Origin: an uncultured delta proteobacterium
Lineage (GTDB): Bacteria; Myxococcota_A; Polyangia; Fen-1088
DNA length: 64,000 nucleotides
Direction: 5' to 3'
Assembly (NCBI GenBank): GCA_963737265.1
Contig: CAVTRY010000018.1
Coordinates: 160,001 to 224,000 of the forward strand
Below, piece by piece: positions 9,479 to 17,956 of this stretch. The stretch's first letter is position 1; each line of letters begins with the position of its first letter. Both the position numbers and the translations under genes were made by a program. The notes beneath the pieces were generated by a model. The model searched no databases and had not been told where the DNA came from. It saw only the letters and a program-made list of their open reading frames with translations.

Positions 9479-9874
9479 CTATCGGGCCGATGACTTGTTC
9501 AGGGCTACGGCGGCGCGCACGAGCGTCTTGAAGGCATCCGCGTCGATTGCATCGCCCTCATGGAAATCGATTGCGCGCCTGGTGTTGCCTTCAAGGCTAG
9601 AGTTGAAGAGTCCTGCAGGGTCGGTGAGCGATGCCCCCTTGGCGAAAGTCACCTTCACGGCGCCCTTGTAGGTCTCGCCGGTGCAAAGCATTCCATCGTG
9701 ATACCAAACCGGGACGCCTCTCCACTTCCACTCCTCGACCGCCTCCGGGTCAGCCTGCTTGATGAGAGCGCGGACGCGGGAGAGCGTCGTGCCCCTCCAG
9801 TCGTCGAGCTCCTTGATCCTCGCGTCGATTAGCCGAGAAGGGGACACGCCCTTGGTCGTTGCGCCCTTTGTCAT
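9479..9874 (-). CDS. DUF1801 (YdhG-like) protein
   Basis: DWRG.TL.RVR.LI..ADP...EEWKW, ETYK..VK.TFAKGASL.DP..LFNSSLEGNTRRAID. Confidence 0.85.
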   Translation of the reverse strand: MTKGATTKGVSPSRLIDARIKELDDWRGTTLSRVRALIKQADPEAVEEWKWRGVPVWYHDGMLCTGETYKGAVKVTFAKGASLTDPAGLFNSSLEGNTRRAIDFHEGDAIDADAFKTLVRAAVALNKSSAR

Positions 9875-9890
9875 ATCGCCTGTACTGGCA

Positions 9891-11012
9891 TCACTTCACC
9901 GTGAGGAGTTGGTCGACCGTCGGTGCGGGATCCACGAACACGTCCTTGTACTGCACCTCCTCATTTGTCCCGTTGTGGATCTGTAAACCGATAGGTCCGG
10001 CCTTGATCGACGAGAGCTTGGCCTCTTGGTAGGTCTTGGCGGCGGTTCCGTTGAGGGCGATCCTGCAGAATCCCTTCGCAAGGAAGCACAGGATTTCGAG
10101 GGTGTTCCAGGTGGCGTTGTAGGTTGGGTTGCCGGTGACTGTCGTGCTATTCAGGGCAGCGTTCAGCGAGTAGTCCCAGTCGTAAAGGTTGTTGCCCACG
10201 GCGCCGCCGCCCGGTGGAATGATGAGTTTGCAGTTGTTGTATTGGCCGATCGGTGTTCGTCCTCCCCAAAAGCAGATGCCAAGGTGACCCGAGCCGCCGG
10301 TGGCGACCATGTTAGAGCTGACGATGACTCGGAAGTCGCCGTAGTCGGCTTGGGTCATCAGAAGCGCGCCACCAGTCGTACCCTTGCCATCGATCACGCC
10401 GTTCACGACCGAAAACAGCGCCGGGGTCCCTTGCTCCCAGCCGTTCAACGTCTTTCCGTCGAAGATCGACACGGTACCGTCAACCGGGCCTGCTGTCCCG
10501 GCGCCGCCATCGATCGAGCTGCCACCGACCCCTGTGGCGCCACCGCTGGCGGGCACCCCGCCCGTTCCCTTGACCACGATACCCCCTGTGCCCGCGCCGG
10601 CAGCACCGCCAGTGACAATCGCGCCGCCTCCCCCGGACGCGCCGCCCGTGGCCCCACCGCCGCCCTTGCCACCGCTGCCGAGGGACCCGCCCGTTCCCGT
10701 GACCACGGAACCCCCGGTACCCGAACCGGCAGCGCCACCGTTGGACGTCGCACCGCCAGTGCCAATCGCGCCGCCAGTGCCGACCGCGCCCGCGCCGCCA
10801 GTGCCAGCCGCGCCGCCTGAGCCCTTCACTCCACCCGTGCCGCCGGTCGCTCCGCCCAAGCTTGCGGCGCCGCCGCTGCCCACGCTGCCGCCCGTGCCGC
10901 CGGAGCCTGCAGCGCCACCGTTGCTCGATTGGCAGCCAGGTGCAGAGAATCCGGATGCGATCAGAGCAGCGCCGACCAACAACCTCGTACGGGAATGGAA
11001 TTTGCTCACCAT
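9891..11012 (-). CDS. Lipoprotein with Gly-rich linker and DUF1080 (3-keto-glycoside hydrolase-like) domain
   Basis: Lipobox SAPG-C. SIFDGKTLNGW, YGDF, WNTLEI, GPIGLQIH...VQYKDV. SD GAGGT. Confidence 0.85.
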   Translation of the reverse strand: MVSKFHSRTRLLVGAALIASGFSAPGCQSSNGGAAGSGGTGGSVGSGGAASLGGATGGTGGVKGSGGAAGTGGAGAVGTGGAIGTGGATSNGGAAGSGTGGSVVTGTGGSLGSGGKGGGGATGGASGGGGAIVTGGAAGAGTGGIVVKGTGGVPASGGATGVGGSSIDGGAGTAGPVDGTVSIFDGKTLNGWEQGTPALFSVVNGVIDGKGTTGGALLMTQADYGDFRVIVSSNMVATGGSGHLGICFWGGRTPIGQYNNCKLIIPPGGGAVGNNLYDWDYSLNAALNSTTVTGNPTYNATWNTLEILCFLAKGFCRIALNGTAAKTYQEAKLSSIKAGPIGLQIHNGTNEEVQYKDVFVDPAPTVDQLLTVK

Positions 11013-11077
11013 GACAACCTCGCAGGTAGAGGACCGATTCAATAAAATGCGGGAACGATCCAGCCGTCGGTCGGGAA

Positions 11078-11105
11078 ATGTGGACAAGCAGCCCAGAGCT
11101 TCAAT
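11078..11105 (-). promoter_or_regulatory. Conserved bipartite upstream motif, copy 4 (ATTGAAGCT-N15-ACAT)
   Basis: Minus strand GAAGCT 11102-11097, N15, ACAT 11081-11078. Confidence 0.6.
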
Positions 11106-11159
11106 CGTGGCCACGCGGGCACCGCAGAAGAATGCGCAGACCAGCTACACCTCTGACGC

Positions 11160-12005
11160 TTGCCAACGTCCTATAGCAGTGCGGTGGGGGCCATCGCGGC
11201 TATCGGGCTGTCGGCCCGCCGCACGCGCGCTTGGGTCGTGGGCGGGCTGTTCTTCCTCGTCGCCCTCACCCCGACCATGGGGTTCGTTCGGTACACTTCG
11301 TCCCTCACCGCCAACAGATCCATGTACCTTCCCATGCTGGGATTGCTTCTGCCCCTTGCATGGCTCTTGCAGCGTGTTTGGAGCGCGAATGCCCAAGTGG
11401 TGAAGGCATCATCTGGCGCGCGCGCGATTGTGGTGGTCGTGACGGCAACCCTGGCGATGGGAAGCGTCGTCGCGACCCGCGATTACGAGTCGCACTGGCG
11501 CGACAGCCTGACCTTGCTGCGGTACTACCTGACACAGGCGCCGACGGATTTGAAACTGCTTACCCGGCTTGGAAATGAATGGATTCAGCGCGGAAACTAC
11601 CCCTCGGCTATCGACGCGTTCGGCGAGGCCGTGCGCCTCCATCCGAATTGGACCGAGAATCATCTTAATCTAGGCCGCGCCTTGTTCGCCGTGGGCGAGT
11701 TTCAGAAAGCGAAACTGTCTTTCGCAGCGGCCCTGGAACAGACGCCCAATGACTGGCGCGCGCACATGTTGATGGGGTCGACGCTGGCGCGACAGAACCA
11801 ACTGGAAGGGGCGCTAAAGGAATTCCGAACCGCCGCCCAATTATCGCCCACCAAGGCGGCGGCTCATTTCAGCATCGCGGAGGTCCTGGCTCAGTTGGGG
11901 CTGGCGGATGAATCCGTCATGGAGTACCAGCAGACCTTGCGTCTCGACCCGCAGTTCGGGCCAGCCCAACGGGCGCTCAATGCTATCAGCCGAGAAAGGC
12001 GCTGA
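11160..12005 (+). pseudogene. 5'-truncated TMTC-like membrane protein with C-terminal TPR repeats
   Basis: Begins in mid-transmembrane region. ANRSMYLP resembles the ADRYxYLP motif, followed by WRDSxTL and about 4 TPRs. No good start codon or SD. Confidence 0.6.
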
Positions 12006-12014
12006 TTTTTCGCG

Positions 12015-12998
12015 TCACCAGAGCTGGTGAACCAGCGGGCGCAGCTTGCGCTCGTAGACGCGCGCGACCGCGGCCATGGTCTCGACCGGCAACGCGGCCA
12101 GATCCGCTGCGGTGACGTTTTCCTCGACTTGCGATGGCCGCTTGGCGCCGGGAATGGCGCAGGTCACGGCGTCGGCCATCAGGATCCAGCGCAGCGCGAA
12201 CGACGCCATCGCCATGCCGGGCGGCATCAGGGGGCGCAGCTCCTCGACCGCCGCGAGCCCGGTCGGAAAGTCGATGCCCGAGAAGGTCTCCCCGCGATCG
12301 AATGCCTCGCCTTTTCGGTTGAAGCTGCGGTGGTCGTCGGCCGCGAATTTGCTTGCCTGGCTCATCTTGCCCGCCAGCATGCCCGAGGAGAGTGGTAATC
12401 GCGCCAGGATGCCGACCTGCCGGCGCTTGGCCTCGCCGAAGAACAGCTCGGCCGGGCGCTGACGGAAGATGTTGTAGATGATCTGCACGCTCTGCACGTT
12501 GGGGTACTCGATGGCCTTGAGCGCTTCCTCCACGCGCTCGACACTGACACCGTAGTGGCGCAGCTTGCCCGCGCGACACAGATCGTCCATGACCCCGAAG
12601 ACCTCGGGTCGGTAGTACACGTCGGTCGGCGGGCAATGCAGCTGGACCAGATCGAGGGTCTCGACCGCCAGGTTCTTGAGGCTGCGCTCGACGAAGCTAG
12701 TCAGGTTCTTGCGGTTGTAGCCGTCGGCGACGTGCGGGTCGAGCCGGCGTCCTGCTTTGGTCGCGATGACGATGGGTTCGCGGCGTTCGCGGCGCAGGCG
12801 CGCCAGCAGGCGTTCGCTGTGACCATCGCCGTAGACGTCGGCGGTATCGAAAAAGTTCACCCCCAGATCCACGGCACGATGGAGGGCCGCAAGCGAATCC
12901 GCGTCGTCGGTCGGGCCCCAGGTGCCGCCGATGGCCCAGGCGCCGAAGCTGATCGTGGAGACATTCCATCCGGTTCTGCCGAGTGGCCGATATTCCAT
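12015..12998 (-). CDS. Aldo/keto reductase
   Basis: MEYRPLGRTG.VS.ISFGAWAIGG, NFFDTADVYGDG.SE, IATK, LDLVQLH, IPGAK. Confidence 0.92.
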   Translation of the reverse strand: MEYRPLGRTGWNVSTISFGAWAIGGTWGPTDDADSLAALHRAVDLGVNFFDTADVYGDGHSERLLARLRRERREPIVIATKAGRRLDPHVADGYNRKNLTSFVERSLKNLAVETLDLVQLHCPPTDVYYRPEVFGVMDDLCRAGKLRHYGVSVERVEEALKAIEYPNVQSVQIIYNIFRQRPAELFFGEAKRRQVGILARLPLSSGMLAGKMSQASKFAADDHRSFNRKGEAFDRGETFSGIDFPTGLAAVEELRPLMPPGMAMASFALRWILMADAVTCAIPGAKRPSQVEENVTAADLAALPVETMAAVARVYERKLRPLVHQLW

Positions 12999-13182
12999 GG
13001 CCGCGATCATGCCAACCCGCCGGCCTCGATTCAAGAGCTCGTCGAGGCTATGCTGGCGATTTCGCTCAACAGGTCGTCCAGCTCGCATTGCGTCATGGGT
13101 TATGGCTTGAGAGGCGGATCCAAGGGCGAAGACCCTGGCGATCATCCGCGGGGTGGGATTACCATCCGTGAGGCAATCAATC

Positions 13183-14070
13183 ATGAGGGTGCTCAATTTT
13201 GGCTCATTGAATTTTGACCACATTTACGAGGTCGAGCATCTTGTCCGGCCGGGTGAAACCATTACGTCGGACAAATATCGCCTGGCTTGCGGAGGAAAGG
13301 GGCTGAACCAATCCATTGCTCTGGCGAACGCCGGGGCGAATGTGTTCCACGTCGGAAGGATTGGCCGCGACGGAGAAGCACTGATTACTTGTTTACGAAC
13401 CGCCGGAGTAGACACCACCTATGTGGAAGTGGCAGAAAGCGGACCGTCAGGCCATGCCATTATTCAGGTGGACAAAGATGGGCAGAATTCCATCATCCTT
13501 CACTCCGGGACAAATCGGGAAATCGAAGAGGAAGACATCAAGCGAGTGCTCGATCGCTCCAATCCGGGCGACTACCTTTTGCTACAGAATGAAATAAGTT
13601 CCACTGCCGAGATCATTGACCAAGCCAAAGAACGAGGCCTGGCGATTTTCTTCAACCCGGCGCCAATGGACAGCGGCGTATTGGGTTGTTCTCTGGACAA
13701 AGTGGATTACTTCATTATCAATGAAATCGAAGGCAGAGAACTAATTGGGGAGGCGGCACCCGAAGCGATTATCGAGGCCATGCTCAAACGGTTTCCCCGA
13801 TCTGCAACGATACTCACGCTTGGCGAGAATGGCGCGATATACGCTGACCGGCAAACCAGAATCTCGATGCCTGCGGAAAGCGTCAGCGCGGTCGACACGA
13901 CCGCGGCCGGTGATACCTTCATCGGATATTTTGTCGCTCGAAAGATAGAGGGACACCCGGTCGAAACCTGCTTAGAGGTGGCGTCCCGCGCTGCCGCCAT
14001 CTGCGTCACCAGACGTGGCGCAGCCGATTCTATTCCGCTCAAACGGGAGGTGGTCCATGACGAATCCTAA
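13183..14070 (+). CDS. rbsK: Ribokinase (PfkB family)
   Basis: NFGSLNFD, GGKGLNQSIALA, LLQNEI, NEIE, VDTTAAGDTF. Lower GC than neighbouring genes. Confidence 0.85.
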   Translation: MRVLNFGSLNFDHIYEVEHLVRPGETITSDKYRLACGGKGLNQSIALANAGANVFHVGRIGRDGEALITCLRTAGVDTTYVEVAESGPSGHAIIQVDKDGQNSIILHSGTNREIEEEDIKRVLDRSNPGDYLLLQNEISSTAEIIDQAKERGLAIFFNPAPMDSGVLGCSLDKVDYFIINEIEGRELIGEAAPEAIIEAMLKRFPRSATILTLGENGAIYADRQTRISMPAESVSAVDTTAAGDTFIGYFVARKIEGHPVETCLEVASRAAAICVTRRGAADSIPLKREVVHDES

Positions 14071-14167
14071 TTGCGCGATTTCCGTCAAACCTGCTCGCAC
14101 GTCTCAAGACGTGTCTATCAATGGCGGACCTTGGCGGCCGAAACATGGCCGCTCTTCTGGCGGGCTG

Positions 14168-14422
14168 CTAGGCTTGCGTCCGCGTATCGCTGGCGGGCGG
14201 CAGACTCAAGGAGGCGCCGGCTTCTGCGCTAGAAAGGTCGGACGAAGAATGCGACGCGAGTCCTATCCCAGACCCTGGCATTCGCTTGACCTCATCGCGC
14301 GCGATACGCCACACTGCCTGAATAATCCAAGACACGGATCTGTCTTGGCGTATAGCTTCCTTCTGAGTCTCCGCAAGCATGGCGGAGTTGAAGTACAGCG
14401 TTACTTTGCGTTTCTGAGACAC
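14168..14422 (-). CDS. Small myxobacterial TIGR04563-type protein
   Basis: KRKVTLYF...ML.E.QKEA.RQDRSVSWIIQ.VWRIAR. GTG start inferred. Confidence 0.7.
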   Translation of the reverse strand: MSQKRKVTLYFNSAMLAETQKEAIRQDRSVSWIIQAVWRIARDEVKRMPGSGIGLASHSSSDLSSAEAGASLSLPPASDTRTQA

Positions 14423-14460
14423 GTCGGTAATCCGATGGGAAGGGCGGCGGACTTCAGCGG

Positions 14461-15303
14461 CTAGCGATTGATCTTGGCCTTGAACGGGGCAAAAAACTGG
14501 AGGTTGAGGCCAAAGACATAGTTGCTCGTCCATTCCAGGTCGTACGAGTCGGTAACTCCGTCGCCGTTGACGTCCCGGCCAGAGGCGTTATTCTTATAGA
14601 TGAGGTCGCGAATTTCCAGGTCGAGCGCCATGTAACTGTTGAGATAGGCGTGAACGCCGACTCCCGCGTTCCCAGCGAACTCGGTTGCTGTGTATGCCTG
14701 ACAGAGGGTCCGCTGCGGTGTGGGCGGGGTGGTATTGGGGTTGGCTGCTCCGATGCAGGAACCAGGCTGAGCGGTGGAATTTGCAAGATTCACCACGCCA
14801 GCGCCGCCGAAGACATAGAAATCGAAATAGGAGAAGACAGCGCTAAACAGCGCGATCTTCCCCGACAGAGGCAAGAACTCGACCTGGCCAAGTGCCATGT
14901 ATCCGATATGGTTCATAGTCGCGGTCGCATCGGCGGCCGTGGGTGTCTTGACGGTTTGGTTTGCGCCCGAAAGTGTGTTGTATAGGTCGTTATTGAACGA
15001 GCTCTTCCAACCCGGGGTTACGTTGTAGCCGCCGACGACGCCAAGGGCAATCCAGTCCGTAATGTGATACGCCAGACGCGGCGTGATCAGCAGGGCGTTG
15101 TAGAAATCTTGACCAATCGAAACGCCGGCGCCGATGCCGAACTCGAAACGGTTGTCCCGTAGCTCTAGACGCTTGCGAATGGCTGGAGCATCCGTCAGCG
15201 GGCTCTTGCGCTCCTTCTCGGCGCGAGCCACCGCAGGCAAACAGGCGATGCCGCCTAGGAAAAGTGCGATAACCTTCCGCATGGCATGTGTCCTTTTCGT
15301 CAT
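14461..15303 (-). CDS. Myxobacterial outer-membrane beta-barrel protein (TIGR04565-type; GltA/B/H-like)
   Basis: Signal peptide, RFE motif, alternating beta strands, PLSGKIALF, C-terminal FFAP. Confidence 0.7.
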   Translation of the reverse strand: MTKRTHAMRKVIALFLGGIACLPAVARAEKERKSPLTDAPAIRKRLELRDNRFEFGIGAGVSIGQDFYNALLITPRLAYHITDWIALGVVGGYNVTPGWKSSFNNDLYNTLSGANQTVKTPTAADATATMNHIGYMALGQVEFLPLSGKIALFSAVFSYFDFYVFGGAGVVNLANSTAQPGSCIGAANPNTTPPTPQRTLCQAYTATEFAGNAGVGVHAYLNSYMALDLEIRDLIYKNNASGRDVNGDGVTDSYDLEWTSNYVFGLNLQFFAPFKAKINR

Positions 15304-15315
15304 GGCATCAACTCG

Positions 15316-16218
15316 CTAGCGGGGCGTCCGGTAGGTAAAGGAGGGTGGAAGGTAGAACCCGACCGAGAAGAACATCATGATGTTCTGTACCAATTGGGTT
15401 TGGGAATTTCTCGAAGCGCTCTCGACCTGCGACAGTGGCTCCCTCGGAGTCCGGTTCTGAATTTCGAACGTATCGATGTACGCGTAGTCTCGGAACGTCA
15501 CGCTCAGCGTTAGCCAGTCGAGAACGAACAGGCGAGCGCCCACGCCAACGTGCGGAGCGATGTTTCTGTTGGTGAACGACGGGTCGCCGAAATTGCGGGG
15601 AATGATTTCCGTCCACATCATTCCGATACCGAGTGCGACGGTCAGATCCCAGTGGACGATATATTTGTTGAACAGACCGAACTTTCCATAGCCCGGCACG
15701 TATCCCATCGCGACAGCGCCGTGATACTTCAGCTTGTTCAGCGTCGGCACCAGGTAGTACTGCAATCCCACGAGAGACTCGCGCTCTGACAACTCCTTGA
15801 TGAAGTATTGGCCTTCGAGACCAACCGAGAGCACGTCCGTAATGTAGTAGTTGAGGTCCGCACCAAGGGAGTAGTGGCGGATCAACGGATCGTTCAGCGT
15901 GATTCCCGCGAATGGCGCGAGCTCAAGACGCGACTTCTTGAGAAACGCCTTGCGTGGCACCACCACGATGTCCTCCCACGACCTGCGTGGCGCACCCGCC
16001 GCCTCCGTCGGCTTCTTGACTTCCGCGGTTCCGAGGTCCGTAGTCGACAGATCCGTGAGGTCCAAATCCGGGGAAATAGCCGGTCCAGTATCCGCTGGAG
16101 GGGTTTGGTCGCCGCCAGCCGTATCAGATGCCGGTGCCGCTGGCTCTTGGGCCAGGGACACTTTGGAGGCACTGAGGTTGGCAAGAACTACGAAGAGGCC
16201 AAGGGCAAGTCGTTTCAT
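15316..16218 (-). CDS. Myxobacterial outer-membrane beta-barrel protein (TIGR04565-type)
   Basis: Signal peptide, IVVVPRKAFLKKSRLELAP..TLNDP, YGKFGLFNKYIVHWD, C-terminal GFYLPPSF. Confidence 0.75.
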   Translation of the reverse strand: MKRLALGLFVVLANLSASKVSLAQEPAAPASDTAGGDQTPPADTGPAISPDLDLTDLSTTDLGTAEVKKPTEAAGAPRRSWEDIVVVPRKAFLKKSRLELAPFAGITLNDPLIRHYSLGADLNYYITDVLSVGLEGQYFIKELSERESLVGLQYYLVPTLNKLKYHGAVAMGYVPGYGKFGLFNKYIVHWDLTVALGIGMMWTEIIPRNFGDPSFTNRNIAPHVGVGARLFVLDWLTLSVTFRDYAYIDTFEIQNRTPREPLSQVESASRNSQTQLVQNIMMFFSVGFYLPPSFTYRTPR

Positions 16219-16376
16219 GCGTTTCCTTGCTTGGGGCCCGCCTTCACCCCATGACAAAAATCGCTTTGATTTCAGAGGCTTGGCTATGAAGGCAGAGGTG
16301 GGAGCAATGTAGCACGGGGAATTTCTGCAAATCAACAAATTTTCAGTCCGTATCAAATGTTTCGACTCCGATGGGG

Positions 16377-17771
16377 TCAGCAAGCTACCTCCGACGCCGT
16401 CTCGGCGTTGTCAAAAAGGGCCTCGACGAATTCCTCGGCGTCGAATTCGCGCAGATCCTCCACGCGCTCTCCGACGCCGATGTAGCGCACGGGAATGCCA
16501 AGCTGGTCGGTAATACCCAAGATAACGCCGCCCTTGGCGGTGCCATCCAACTTGGTCAGGACGATTCCTGTGACCGACATGGCTTGGGCGAAAATCTGGG
16601 CCTGCGCGATGGCATTCTGGCCGCTGGTCGCGTCGATAACGAGCCAGGTTTCGTGTGGCGCACCGTCGAGCGCCTTGGCGGCGACCCGGCGTACTTTCTG
16701 AAGTTCCTCCATCAGATCGGACTTGGTGTGCAAGCGACCCGCAGTGTCGGCAATCACCACGTCGATGTGCTCGCTGCCAGCTCGCTTGATGCCTTCGAAC
16801 ACCACCGACGAGGGGTCGCTGCCTTCCTTGCCGCGCACGACTGGGGCGCCGACCCGGTTGCCCCAGATCTCAAGCTGCTCGGTCGCCGCCGCTCGGAAAG
16901 TGTCCCCCGCTGCAAGCAGTACGGTCTTGCCCTCGGCCCTAAGCTTGGCGGCCAACTTTCCAATCGTGGTGGTCTTGCCGCTGCCATTCACACCTATAGT
17001 AAGAAGGACGAAGGGCTTGGATCGAGAGAAGTCGACGGGCGGAGCATCCACGCGAAGAAAATCCGCACTCCGTTTCCGCAGATAGCTCCACACTGCGCTC
17101 GGTTCTGCCAGCTCTCTCCTGCCGAGCGAGGAACGGAGCTCTTCCAGCAGCTTCTGGCTCGTGCGAACCCCGATGTCCGCGGTCAACAGAACCTTCTCGA
17201 TTTCCTCGACCAGGGCGGGATCAATTTCCCGTTTTCCGGCGAAGAGCTGGCCGAGGCGAGAAACCCAGCCCGCGCGGGTCCGCGCAAGTCCCGGGGCGAG
17301 GGCAGCCGCATCGCGCGCCTTGGGGCGCGTCTGGACTTCAGCCGTGCGTGGTTTGTCGACCGGGATGGCAATGTCGTGTGCTGCCGACGCCGCCGGTCGA
17401 CGTTCAGGGACAGCCGCCGCAGCTCCGCGTTCGGATGCGTTAGGAAGCGCCGCGATCGGTGGCCGTGTGTCCGGCCGACCTTCAGCGCTTGGCGCTGCGG
17501 CTGGGGTTGGAGCCTCGGCCTCCGCCTTTTGGCGTACTTCCAGCTCCGGCGGGGGCGATTTCTCCTCCCCTGGAACAACATCCTCCGGCCTGAGCGCAGC
17601 CTTCGTCGGCTTGGCAGGAAAAGTCGAGCTACCATCGCCAACTCGTTCAATCTGCCGCTGTCTGGATTTTCGCGCGCGGCGAATGGCGTAAAATGCCAGG
17701 AGCGTCGCCGCGATAAAACATGCGGCAATAACTGCGGCGGTGATGATGTCGGTATTTGCGCCCCCTTCCAT
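16377..17771 (-). CDS. ftsY: Signal recognition particle receptor FtsY with N-terminal TM helix
   Basis: [39 protein letters not shown]. Confidence 0.97.
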   Translation of the reverse strand: MEGGANTDIITAAVIAACFIAATLLAFYAIRRARKSRQRQIERVGDGSSTFPAKPTKAALRPEDVVPGEEKSPPPELEVRQKAEAEAPTPAAAPSAEGRPDTRPPIAALPNASERGAAAAVPERRPAASAAHDIAIPVDKPRTAEVQTRPKARDAAALAPGLARTRAGWVSRLGQLFAGKREIDPALVEEIEKVLLTADIGVRTSQKLLEELRSSLGRRELAEPSAVWSYLRKRSADFLRVDAPPVDFSRSKPFVLLTIGVNGSGKTTTIGKLAAKLRAEGKTVLLAAGDTFRAAATEQLEIWGNRVGAPVVRGKEGSDPSSVVFEGIKRAGSEHIDVVIADTAGRLHTKSDLMEELQKVRRVAAKALDGAPHETWLVIDATSGQNAIAQAQIFAQAMSVTGIVLTKLDGTAKGGVILGITDQLGIPVRYIGVGERVEDLREFDAEEFVEALFDNAETASEVAC

Positions 17772-17956
17772 CGGCCGCGAACCTTAACAGGCTCGCGACG
17801 AAACTTGCGATCTTTTTGACGTTTTCAGGAAAGGTGTCAGAAAGTCAGGGCATCGGGCGACAAAGCCTTTACAGACCGGACGGCCAGATGGTACCTATCT
17901 GGTGTCACGAAGTGGCTCGTATGGTCATGTAACGTCATGCCATTAGGTGGTGCTTG

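Noticed and set aside
35-11403. Long Pro/Ala-rich antisense ORFs (35-577, 1561-2463, 3261-4073, 4884-5465, 10384-11403)
   Set aside because: They are shadows of the GGC-rich linker codons on the opposite strand, with no independent signals.
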